From: an uncultured Eubacteriales bacterium
GTDB taxonomy: Bacteria; Acidobacteriota; Aminicenantia; Aminicenantales; UBA8522
Reading direction: 5' to 3'
NCBI GenBank assembly: GCA_964353705.1
Contig: CAYGXD010000005.1
Span: 14,006-64,164, forward strand
DNA: 50,159 bases
Shown here one piece after another: positions 1 to 8,001 of this stretch. The notes under the pieces are model-generated. The model was given only the letters and a program-made list of their open reading frames with translations, was not told the DNA's origin and did not search any database. Both the position numbers and the translations under genes were made by a program. The first letter of the stretch is position 1. Every line of letters starts with the position of its first letter.

Positions 1-1
1 C

Positions 2-139
2 GAGGTCATCATCGCCGAAACGCCGGCCGGGCGCGGGATCCTCGGCGTCATCGACGGCGTCAGGACGAAGGGCATCGAGACCGAAGCCGACATCAAGTGG
101 CGGAAGGAGTTTCTCCGCAAGATCGGTTATAAGTTCTGA
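2..139 (+). CDS. Adenosine-specific kinase family protein (DUF355/Adenosine_kin), C-terminal fragment cut by the window edge
   Basis: Frame 2 reads [45 protein letters not shown], matching the characteristic [10 protein letters not shown]...[11 protein letters not shown] C-terminus of this family. Confidence 0.75.
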   Translation, partial: EVIIAETPAGRGILGVIDGVRTKGIETEADIKWRKEFLRKIGYKF

Positions 140-152
140 AGAGATCCGGTTC

Positions 153-680
153 TTACTTGAAGCCGAATTTCTTCAGGAGCTCCGGCCGGGTCTTCAGGCC
201 GTCGAGATAGACATGGAGGTTGATGATCTCGTCCGCCATGGCGCCGGCGACGGCGCCTATGCCCCGCTTATTTTCCCCCTTCGCCTCGAGCGATCCCTTC
301 TCCCCGGTGACATCGTCGACGAAGGAGTTGATCTCCCTGACGATGAACTCGTCCAGTATGCCTTCCCGGTCGTAGGGGCTGTCGATGATGGCCAGCTTGG
401 CGACCACCAGGAGCCTCCGGTAGCGGCTGAAGAAGGGGGCGTCTATCTTCCCCTGCGCCCTGGCCGCCTTGGCCTCGGCCATGGCCTCTTCCAGGAGATT
501 GTTGACATACTCATATCCGCCGGTGCCTTTCTGAGCCATTGTTCTAAACCCGGCGAAGATCTTGTCTAAAAGCATGTAGCCGGCCTCGTCTTTTGCGGCC
601 GGCGTCGCGGCTCCATCTTCGGCCCACAGAACCGCAGAGAAAACGCCGATCAACAGAACCAGAACGAGTTTTTTAAGCAT
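153..680 (-). CDS. Exported hypothetical alpha-helical protein
   Basis: ATG at 680 preceded by AAGGAGG; signal peptide MLKKLVLVLLIGVFSAVLWA; starts immediately after the anti-sigma candidate stop. Confidence 0.7.
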   Translation of the reverse strand: MLKKLVLVLLIGVFSAVLWAEDGAATPAAKDEAGYMLLDKIFAGFRTMAQKGTGGYEYVNNLLEEAMAEAKAARAQGKIDAPFFSRYRRLLVVAKLAIIDSPYDREGILDEFIVREINSFVDDVTGEKGSLEAKGENKRGIGAVAGAMADEIINLHVYLDGLKTRPELLKKFGFK

Positions 681-681
681 C

Positions 682-1269
682 TCAAACCTCCTTAAGTTTT
701 TGAAGGAAACCGGCGAAGAACATCCGGAAGTCCTCAACGGTCCTCAGTTTTGGCGCTTCCACTCTCGGAGAAAGTGCGTCCTCTCCGTCTCGGCCGGAGG
801 CGGCTCGAGAGGCCGCTTCCTGAAAGACGCGGGAAAGCGCATCCGTCATGCTGACATCCCCGAGAGCCTGTCTTTTGCAGGCGTAGAGAACCTCCTTGAT
901 GGCCCAACCGAACTCCGTGTACTCGGCTGTCGCTATTCTTTGAGCTGTTCGGTCTTGGCCGGACGTCCCCCGGCCGGCTCCGGATTTGTCGAGGACCGCG
1001 CTCATCGCCCTAATCGTCGGTGGCAAAGGGGATGGAGAAAACGTCCGGAAAAGAAGGAAACCGGCAAACGCCAGAACGAGCACGGAGAAGGCGACGACCG
1101 GCCCGGGCTTTATCAGGAAGATGGGCCAAGCTGTCGGTCTTTGCTCTCTTGCCTTACGAATTCGCTCGAACAACCTGGCGTCGAAGCGGGCTCCCTCGAA
1201 GCCTCGCTCCGCTTCTTCTTTTTCCTTGCGGATGATCTCCTGGATCTCGTCGACTTGGACGGATTCCAT
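682..1269 (-). CDS. Putative single-pass membrane anti-sigma factor
   Basis: Directly downstream of the ECF sigma; short charged N-terminus followed by one TM segment (VVAFSVLVLAFAGFLLF). Confidence 0.55.
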   Translation of the reverse strand: MESVQVDEIQEIIRKEKEEAERGFEGARFDARLFERIRKAREQRPTAWPIFLIKPGPVVAFSVLVLAFAGFLLFRTFSPSPLPPTIRAMSAVLDKSGAGRGTSGQDRTAQRIATAEYTEFGWAIKEVLYACKRQALGDVSMTDALSRVFQEAASRAASGRDGEDALSPRVEAPKLRTVEDFRMFFAGFLQKLKEV

Positions 1270-1270
1270 T

Positions 1271-1882
1271 CTATCCTCCCTGGGCCCGCCCTTTCATTTG
1301 GGACTTGATCTTTTCCCGGGCCTCGTTCAGCCGGGACATCACCGTGCCTTCTTTGACGCCCAGCACGGTGGCGATCTCGCGATAGGAAAGCCCGCCGTAC
1401 CCTCTGAGGATGAATGTGTCTTTGAGCTTCCTCGGGAGGGCTCGGACCGCTTCCTTGAGGAGCCTGAGTTCATCCCTGTAGATCGCGCGCGTCTCGGGGG
1501 TCCGCTCGTCCCCTGGGTATCTGGAAAGACCATCCCTGAGGACCTCCCTCAAGCGCAGCTTTTTAAGATGGTCGAGACAGGCGTTTCGGGCCACACGACA
1601 AAGCCATTCCCTGGGCCTTTCCGAGTCCCGCAAAGAATCGACCTTGGTCCAGGCCCTGAAGAATACTTCCTGGGTGAGCTCCTCGGCCTCGACGAAATCC
1701 CGGGCATAGCCCAGGCATATCCAGAAGACGGTTTGTTTGTGTTCGAGGAAGGTCCTGAAAAGGGCGTCCTTGTCCCTGGCCGAGCTAATCACGGTGCCCG
1801 TCTCTTGAAGCGTTTGAACCCGGAGGTCCGGGTTCTCCGGCCATGATACCATTTCTGCGCATCCGGGTTGAGCGGTTTTCAT
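1271..1882 (-). CDS. ECF (sigma-70 group 4) RNA polymerase sigma factor
   Basis: Region 2 AEELTQEVFFRAW...WLCRVARNACLD; region 4 GLSYREIATVLGVKEGTVMSRLNEAR. Confidence 0.9.
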   Translation of the reverse strand: MKTAQPGCAEMVSWPENPDLRVQTLQETGTVISSARDKDALFRTFLEHKQTVFWICLGYARDFVEAEELTQEVFFRAWTKVDSLRDSERPREWLCRVARNACLDHLKKLRLREVLRDGLSRYPGDERTPETRAIYRDELRLLKEAVRALPRKLKDTFILRGYGGLSYREIATVLGVKEGTVMSRLNEAREKIKSQMKGRAQGG

Positions 1883-1895
1883 CTGTCACTCATAC

Positions 1896-1920
1896 AGACG
1901 ACCCAGCGGGAAAAATATTC
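1896..1920 (-). promoter_or_regulatory. Candidate ECF-type autoregulatory promoter
   Basis: Minus strand GAAT-N16-CGTCT just upstream of the ECF sigma ATG, resembling the common ECF consensus GAAC/T-N16-CGTC. Confidence 0.45.
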
Positions 1921-1999
1921 GCTCCCGGCCGATGATTTGTCCCAACCTGGGAGAATTGTTAAGATATGGCTGGAACAAGGCTGACCAGAGGAGGTTTCC

Positions 2000-3670
2000 A
2001 TGATGAGGCTCTTATACTTCGCCGGCATTGTCGCATTGGCCGGGCTGGCATTCGGCGCCTCCCGAATCCCGAGGGAGTGTATTCCGGGCCCGGCGCCGGC
2101 GCAGGCCGGGCAGGGGATGGTCAGCTCCGCTCACCCGCTGGCGACACAGGCTGGACTTGACGTCCTTAAAGCCGGCGGGAATGCCTTTGACGCCGCGGTG
2201 GCGGTGGCGGCCGCCCTGAACGTCGTCGAACCGATGATGTCGGGGATGGGGGGGTATGGAACAATCCTCATCTACGATGCCTCGGACCGGAAAGTCCGCT
2301 TCTTGAACTCGAGCGGCCGGATCCCGGCGGCCCTCGATTCCGATGTCTTTCGTGCTCCAACGCCCGGCTTCGAAGAGAACCGGGCCGGGCCCAAGGCCGT
2401 TTCCATGCCGGGGAATATCCATGCCTGGCAAGCCATGTCAAGTGAATACGGACGCCTTCGCTGGCCCCAATTGTTGGAAGCGGCCATCCGGCTGGCGGGA
2501 GAGGGTTTCCCCGTGAGCGACGGCCTGGGCGGAGCCATAAAGGAGGCCTTCGTTTCCTTCCCTGAAAAGGCCAAGGGGTTCTATGGGAAAAACGGGCTCC
2601 CGCTTGATGCCGGCGACACCCTCATACAAAAGGACCTGGCCCGGTCGCTCCGGATGATCGCCGATCAGGGTGCAGACGCTTTCTACCGGGGAGAGATCGC
2701 CGCGGCCATCGACCGGGAAATGAAGGCGACGGGAGGCTTCCTGTCCAAGGCCGACTTGGCCGCTGACAAGCCGGAGTGGTGGGAGCCCATCCACATCAAC
2801 TACCGCGGTTACGAAGTCTATACGGCTTCTCCGCCGGCGACCGCTTTTCCTTCCTTGATCAGGCTCGGCCTGATGAGCCGGTTTGACCTGCCGACGCTCG
2901 GGCACAACAGTGCCGCCTATCTCCACCTGTTCGCGGAGGTCACAAAGCACGCCTTCTGGTGCCGGCTCGTCTACGCCGGCGATCCCGAAATCGCCCCTCC
3001 GCCTTTAGGAAGACTTCTCTCTGAAGCCTATTGGAAGGAGGAGGCGGGGAAGATCGACCAGAAAAGGGCTAAACCGTTCATCCCCCCGGGAGAATCGCCC
3101 CAGGCTGATGTTCACACGACGCATTTCGTCGTCGCCGATAAGTGGGGCAACCTGGTCAGCGCCACCCAGACGCTCGGGAATCTCTTCGGAAGCCGGATCA
3201 TGCCGGAAGGGACGGGCATCTGGCTTAACAATTCCCTGGCTTACTGCACCTTCGAGCCCAAAGGGAATCCCATGGATGCCCATGCCGGGCATCACAAACT
3301 CTCCGGCGATTGCCCGACCATCATTTTCAAGGAAGGGAAACCCTGGGCGGCCATCGGGACGCCGGGCGGCCATACCATCGGACAGACCGTTCCTCAGATG
3401 GTCATGAACCTCATTGACTTCCGGATGAACATCCAGGCGGCGATCGCCTCCCCCTTCATCAGCTTCTTTGAGCCGGACTGGCTTCTTGTTGAGAAGAGAA
3501 TACCCCAGTCCGTGCAGGATGAGCTGGCCAAGCTGGGACACAAAGTCCGGACTGTCGGGGGCCTGACCAATGCCCATGGCCTCACCGTCGAATATGACAA
3601 AAAGGGGAGGCCGGTCCGTTTTTACGGGGGGACCGACCCGCGCGGCGAGGGGCTGGCCGCCGGCTACTAA
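2000..3670 (+). CDS. ggt: Gamma-glutamyltransferase family (Ntn hydrolase), exported
   Basis: Signal peptide; GMVSSAHPLAT...GGNAFDAAVA...VVEPMMSGMGG; autoprocessing Thr in HTTHFVVAD; GTPGG; C-terminal DPRGEG; SD GGAGG. Confidence 0.88.
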   Translation: MMRLLYFAGIVALAGLAFGASRIPRECIPGPAPAQAGQGMVSSAHPLATQAGLDVLKAGGNAFDAAVAVAAALNVVEPMMSGMGGYGTILIYDASDRKVRFLNSSGRIPAALDSDVFRAPTPGFEENRAGPKAVSMPGNIHAWQAMSSEYGRLRWPQLLEAAIRLAGEGFPVSDGLGGAIKEAFVSFPEKAKGFYGKNGLPLDAGDTLIQKDLARSLRMIADQGADAFYRGEIAAAIDREMKATGGFLSKADLAADKPEWWEPIHINYRGYEVYTASPPATAFPSLIRLGLMSRFDLPTLGHNSAAYLHLFAEVTKHAFWCRLVYAGDPEIAPPPLGRLLSEAYWKEEAGKIDQKRAKPFIPPGESPQADVHTTHFVVADKWGNLVSATQTLGNLFGSRIMPEGTGIWLNNSLAYCTFEPKGNPMDAHAGHHKLSGDCPTIIFKEGKPWAAIGTPGGHTIGQTVPQMVMNLIDFRMNIQAAIASPFISFFEPDWLLVEKRIPQSVQDELAKLGHKVRTVGGLTNAHGLTVEYDKKGRPVRFYGGTDPRGEGLAAGY

Positions 3671-3686
3671 AGATTCACCAAAAAGC

Positions 3687-3736
3687 TTGACAGACGCTCC
3701 CAATAGTCTTATATTATTATTACTAAGCGTATTAAT
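3687..3736 (+). promoter_or_regulatory. Sigma-70 promoter with candidate PadR operator
   Basis: TTGACA(3687)-N17-TATATT(3710); imperfect inverted repeat ATTATTAC-N5-GTATTAAT (3716-3736) over the expected start site. Confidence 0.6.
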
Positions 3737-3757
3737 ATGATTAGAATAGGAGGACGG

Positions 3758-4399
3758 ATGGCCGAGAGGAAGTTGACGACACTGGAATATGCCCTCCTCG
3801 GATTGGTCGGTATGTCTCCGCTGACGGGCTACGATGTTCACAAGGTCTTTGCCACTACCCCCTTGGCCCATTTCAGCTCCAGCCCGGGGGCCATTTACCC
3901 CGCTCTCCGCCGTCTGGCCCAAATCGGTCTTCTTGAGGCCCGGCTGGATACCTCCAAAGAGGCCCGTCCCCGCCGTGTCTTTTCTCTGACGGCCGCCGGT
4001 GAGCGGGCGCTCGACGCCTGGCTGCACCAGCCGGTGACTCGGGAGGAACTCATCCGCGGCGGCGGCGCTCCGGTCCTTCGCTTCTCCCTGGCCGGGGGCC
4101 GGCTCAGCAGGGAGGAAATCCTGGCCTATCTCGAGACCTACCAAAAAGCCGTGGCGGCTTACCTTAAAGAACTCTACGGCTATACCGAGCTGACAACCGG
4201 TCCGGGTAATCTTCATGGTCACTTGTCCCTCCATCTTGGGATCCGCGGCTCCGAGAGCGAACTGGAATGGACCCGGTGGGCCGCTGCCGAAATCAAGCGC
4301 GCCGGTCGCGTTTCCCGCAAGCCGAGCCCGTCGCGCTCAAAGAGGAAAGATATCCAAGGAGGTCCAGAATGTCACAAAATACGGTCCGAAACACTTTAG
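3758..4399 (+). CDS. PadR family transcriptional regulator
   Basis: LEYALLGL...TGYDV...SPGAIYPALRRL...RRVFSLTAAG winged-helix motifs; SD AGGAGG before ATG 3758. Confidence 0.88.
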   Translation: MAERKLTTLEYALLGLVGMSPLTGYDVHKVFATTPLAHFSSSPGAIYPALRRLAQIGLLEARLDTSKEARPRRVFSLTAAGERALDAWLHQPVTREELIRGGGAPVLRFSLAGGRLSREEILAYLETYQKAVAAYLKELYGYTELTTGPGNLHGHLSLHLGIRGSESELEWTRWAAAEIKRAGRVSRKPSPSRSKRKDIQGGPECHKIRSETL

Positions 4400-5415
4400 C
4401 CGTCTGCAGTCTTATGCTGGCGATTGTCGTCCTGGCCGGCCCGGCCGCAGGTCAGAGCGAACAGGCCGTTTCGTCGCCGCCAAAAAAAGAATCGAAGATC
4501 TGGGGATCGTGGCCGTTGATGCCCTGGGACAGCCAACCTATCAGGGCATCGTCGTGGGCCAAGGTGCTCAACGAGCCCATTTCCCTCATCCGCAAGGGCA
4601 AGGCCGGTGACAAGCGTCGCTACGACATCAAAAGGATCAACCTTACGGTGGACCGGGAGGGCCGGCTCCTCAACCGCATGGTGGCCGAGGGCCGGATCTC
4701 CCGTACGCTCCTCCGTGAGGCCGAACCCGGGGTCTGGGTGGAAAAATGCGTCTGGGAAAAGTTTGCCGCGGCCCAGGGCACTGGTCCGAACGGTTATCCG
4801 GTCCCGCAGGAATTGCTGGGCGAAAAACGGCTCTCCTTCGAATTCTCGCCCCGCACCTTCGACTACATCAATCCTCCCGTTGACTTTGAAAGCCTGGGCA
4901 ACGAGGTCTTCGGCTACCTGCTCAAGGTCCTGACCATGGACGCCGCCGGCTGGGATGCCGTCCTTCTGACACTTCACGATGAGTTTGGCGGCAAGGTCAG
5001 AATCGGTGACATCTGGCGCCAGGTCGATTGGAAGCCCTGGGACATCACCCGGGTCGGCGGGGAAGGGAACGTCGGCCAATACCAAGTCGGCGAAATGCAG
5101 GTCAGTGTGATCGGCCTGACCCGGTCCCAGGGAGTGCCCTGTATCCTCGTCTGGATCTCGATGGAAGGCAACAGAGTCACCCAAGACATGGATACGCCGC
5201 AATTCTCCATGAACATGAGGAGCACCGAGTACTTCCGCGGCGAGATCGCCGCCTCGCTCCTTGACGGCCATCTTGTTTCCATGGAGCTCTGGGGTCCCCT
5301 CCCTTGCGTCATGGAGATGGGCTTTGGCGGCCAGCCTCCCAAAGAGCAGCCGATTGGCGCGATTATCCAGCAGCTCAGCATGTGGGAGGTTCCGGCCGGT
5401 CCAGAGAAGAAGTGA
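4369..5415 (+). CDS. Exported hypothetical protein
   Basis: SD AAGGAGG before ATG 4369; signal peptide (LAVCSLMLAIVVLAGPAAG); overlaps the PadR 3' end; no family recognised. Confidence 0.7.
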   Translation: MSQNTVRNTLAVCSLMLAIVVLAGPAAGQSEQAVSSPPKKESKIWGSWPLMPWDSQPIRASSWAKVLNEPISLIRKGKAGDKRRYDIKRINLTVDREGRLLNRMVAEGRISRTLLREAEPGVWVEKCVWEKFAAAQGTGPNGYPVPQELLGEKRLSFEFSPRTFDYINPPVDFESLGNEVFGYLLKVLTMDAAGWDAVLLTLHDEFGGKVRIGDIWRQVDWKPWDITRVGGEGNVGQYQVGEMQVSVIGLTRSQGVPCILVWISMEGNRVTQDMDTPQFSMNMRSTEYFRGEIAASLLDGHLVSMELWGPLPCVMEMGFGGQPPKEQPIGAIIQQLSMWEVPAGPEKK

Positions 5416-5447
5416 GCGGCGGGCCCACAGGGACCCCAAGCACCTGC

Positions 5448-7535
5448 CTATGAGCAGCGGTTCCAGCCGCAGTTGGGGCAGACCGGGCACTTCTCGTCGG
5501 GCAGCGTCGCCCCGCAGATCTTGCAGATCGTCTGGTAGATGTCCTTGGAATTCTCCTGGACCGTGCCCAGATGCCGCTCCAGGATCTTGGCGATGGCGTC
5601 CGGTATGGACTGCACCAGGCCTCCCTCCGTGAAGATCGGCTCCGAGCCGCCGATCCCCTTGAGCTGGCTGATGACTTCCTTGACGTCGACGCCGCTCCTG
5701 AGCGCCATCGAGATCAGCCGGCCCAGGGCCTCGGCGTCGGCCATGGTGGTGTAGCCGCTCTTCCCGATCGAGGTGAAGACCTCGAAGGGCTTCTGGTTGA
5801 AGAAGGAAATCGTCACGTACAGGTTCCCGAAACCCGTCTTGATCTTATCGGTCACCGAGGGAAGGGAGGTGGGCCTGTCCTTGGGGTGGAGCTTGGCTTC
5901 GGGTGACTCCTTGTAGAGCACCTGCTCGGCCCGGCTGCCGTCCCGGTAGATGGTGATGCCCTTGGTGTCGAGCTCATAGGCCTCGCGATAGGCCTTCTCC
6001 ACGTCCTTGATCTCCGCCTTATTGGGAAAGTTGACCGTCTTGGAGACGGAGTTGTCGATGTGTTTCTGGAAGGCGGCCTGCGTCCGGACGTGCCATTCGG
6101 GAGAGATCTCATGAGCGGTCCGGAAAAAGTCGGGAAGCGGGTCCTTGGGATGAGCCTTCTTCCAATCTTCATAGATGGGGTGGACGTCCTTGATCTCGCC
6201 GTCGATGATCTTGGAGGTGAATTCATAGGCGAAGACCGGCTCGATCGAGGAGGAGCAGCCGGCGATGCGCGAGATCGTCCCCGTCGGAGCGATGGTCAGG
6301 GTCGTAGCATTCCGCATCTTTTTTCCCTTGTAGACCGACTTGGCGATGTTGGGGAAACTGCCGCGCTCCTCGCCCAGCCGTGCGGAAGCCGCCGAGGACT
6401 CCTTGCGCATGAACGCCATGATCTTCTCGGCCAGCTTGATCGCCGCCGGGCTGTCATACCGGACCTTCATCCTGAGGAGAAGGTCCGCCCAGCCCATGAC
6501 CCCGAGCCCGATCCGCCGGTTGGACCGGGTCATCTGCTCGATCTGAGGAAGAGGATACTTGTTGACATCGATGACGTTGTCGAGGAAACGCACGGCCAGG
6601 ACGATCGTCCGGCCGAAACGGTCCCAATCGAAAAGGTCCTTTGCTGCGGGGCTGAAAAAATGGCCCAGGTTGATTGAGCCCAGATTGCAGGATTCGTACT
6701 CGTGAAGGGGCTGCTCGCCGCAGGGGTTGGTGGCCCGGATGGGGCCGAGGCCACGGGTCGGATTGTGGGCGTTGATGCGGTCGATGAAGATCAGGCCGGG
6801 GTCGCCCACGGCCCAGGCGGATTCGACGATCTGGTCGAAAACCGGCCGGGCCTTCTTCTTGGCGACGGCCCGGTTATGATAGGGATCGATAATGTCATAG
6901 GATCCATCGGTCTTGATGGCCTCCATGAAGGCGTCGGTCACGGCCACGGAGATGTTGAAGTTATTGACACTTTTTCCGTCGATCTTCATCCGGATGAACT
7001 CTTCGATATCGGGGTGATCGACGCGGAGTATCCCCATGTTGGCGCCGCGGCGCGTTCCCCCCTGCTTGACGGCCTCGGTGGCGGAGTCGATGACCCGGAG
7101 GAAAGAGACGGGGCCGGAGGCGATGCCCTGGGTCCGCTTGACGAAACTCCCCTTGGGGCGGAGGCGGCTGAAGTCGAACCCCGTGCCGCCGCCCTCCTTG
7201 TGGACGAGGGCCGCGTTCTTGACGGTCTCGAAGATCGAGTCGAGGGAGTCATCGATGGGCAGGACGAAGCAGGCGCTGAGACACATGTCCCGGCCGGCCC
7301 CCGTCAGGGTGGGGCTGTTGGGAAGGAAGTCGCGGGCCATCATGGCGTCGAAGAATTTCTCCGCCCAGCGCTCCTGGTCCTTTTTCGTCTTCTCGGCGGA
7401 GGCGATGTGGCGGGCGACGCGGCGGAAGAGGTCGGCCGGCTCCTTGTCCAGGAAATCCCCATCTTCGTTGCGCATCAGATATCGCGCCCGCAGGATCTTG
7501 AGGGCGTTTTCCGTGAAGGGCTTGTATCCCGCCAT
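5448..7535 (-). CDS. nrdJ: Adenosylcobalamin-dependent (class II) ribonucleotide reductase with C-terminal TSCPD domain and Zn ribbon
   Basis: FLPNSPTL, LSACFVL, GGGTG, QGGTRRGANMG, TNPCGEQ (thiyl Cys), TIAPTGT, SVSKTVN, ITIYRDGSR, SIPDA, terminal CxxC...CxxCG; SD AGGAG before ATG 7535. Confidence 0.95.
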   Translation of the reverse strand: MAGYKPFTENALKILRARYLMRNEDGDFLDKEPADLFRRVARHIASAEKTKKDQERWAEKFFDAMMARDFLPNSPTLTGAGRDMCLSACFVLPIDDSLDSIFETVKNAALVHKEGGGTGFDFSRLRPKGSFVKRTQGIASGPVSFLRVIDSATEAVKQGGTRRGANMGILRVDHPDIEEFIRMKIDGKSVNNFNISVAVTDAFMEAIKTDGSYDIIDPYHNRAVAKKKARPVFDQIVESAWAVGDPGLIFIDRINAHNPTRGLGPIRATNPCGEQPLHEYESCNLGSINLGHFFSPAAKDLFDWDRFGRTIVLAVRFLDNVIDVNKYPLPQIEQMTRSNRRIGLGVMGWADLLLRMKVRYDSPAAIKLAEKIMAFMRKESSAASARLGEERGSFPNIAKSVYKGKKMRNATTLTIAPTGTISRIAGCSSSIEPVFAYEFTSKIIDGEIKDVHPIYEDWKKAHPKDPLPDFFRTAHEISPEWHVRTQAAFQKHIDNSVSKTVNFPNKAEIKDVEKAYREAYELDTKGITIYRDGSRAEQVLYKESPEAKLHPKDRPTSLPSVTDKIKTGFGNLYVTISFFNQKPFEVFTSIGKSGYTTMADAEALGRLISMALRSGVDVKEVISQLKGIGGSEPIFTEGGLVQSIPDAIAKILERHLGTVQENSKDIYQTICKICGATLPDEKCPVCPNCGWNRCS

Positions 7536-7580
7536 CGTTCCGCTCCTATTCAATTTATCGGATTTATAAATTCGGTCAAA

Positions 7581-7620
7581 TAACTACCGCTAGTATATAC
7601 GAACAGCCGTCCCCTATCAA
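7581..7620 (-). promoter_or_regulatory. nrdJ promoter with a possible single NrdR box
   Basis: Minus strand TTGATA(7620-7615)-N17-TATACT(7597-7592); overlapping ACTA-N4-TAGT palindrome (7583-7594) with NrdR-box spacing but a non-consensus centre. Confidence 0.45.
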
Positions 7621-7653
7621 TGGGGTTGCGAACGGTGATGTAGGACCGGCCGA

Positions 7654-7947
7654 TTACCCCTTGCCGACGGCGGTCTTTTTCGAGGCGATCGTGGCGTCCT
7701 TGTCCAGCCGGTGGTCCACCCGGAGGTCGATGTGGATGCGCCGGGCGCCCATTTTTAGAATGGCGGCGTGGGCGTCCTCGATGACCTGGAAGAGTGACTT
7801 CAGGTCCGGCGCCTCGAGGGTCGTGGACATCCCCCCCGTCTCGGAGCGCAGGCCCGAGGCCTCGATTGTCCGGACGGCCTCTTTGACGAAGCGGCTGACG
7901 GAAGAGCCCTCGCTTGTGGGGAAAATGGCCAGCTCGGCGATGATCAT
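7654..7947 (-). CDS. Thiamine-binding protein (MTH1187/DUF77/YkoF family)
   Basis: 97 aa: IAELAIFP...SVSRFV...SGL...GGMSTTLE...RIHIDLRVDHRLDK pattern typical of this family. Confidence 0.85.
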   Translation of the reverse strand: MIIAELAIFPTSEGSSVSRFVKEAVRTIEASGLRSETGGMSTTLEAPDLKSLFQVIEDAHAAILKMGARRIHIDLRVDHRLDKDATIASKKTAVGKG

Positions 7948-7950
7948 GGT

Positions 7951-7985
7951 TTGTTCTCCCTGCTCAATGGTCTATAATCATTATA
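7951..7985. promoter_or_regulatory. Candidate bidirectional promoter
   Basis: TATAAT-C-ATTATA (7973-7985) gives a perfect -10 hexamer on each strand in a 54-bp divergent gap; TTGTTC at 7951 on the plus strand. Confidence 0.45.
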
Positions 7986-8001
7986 TAGGAAGGAGTCGAG
8001 A

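Noticed and set aside
5448-7653. Intein in nrdJ or a cobalamin riboswitch upstream
   Set aside because: The protein is compact with contiguous motifs; the leader between promoter and ATG is only ~50 nt and lacks B12-box features
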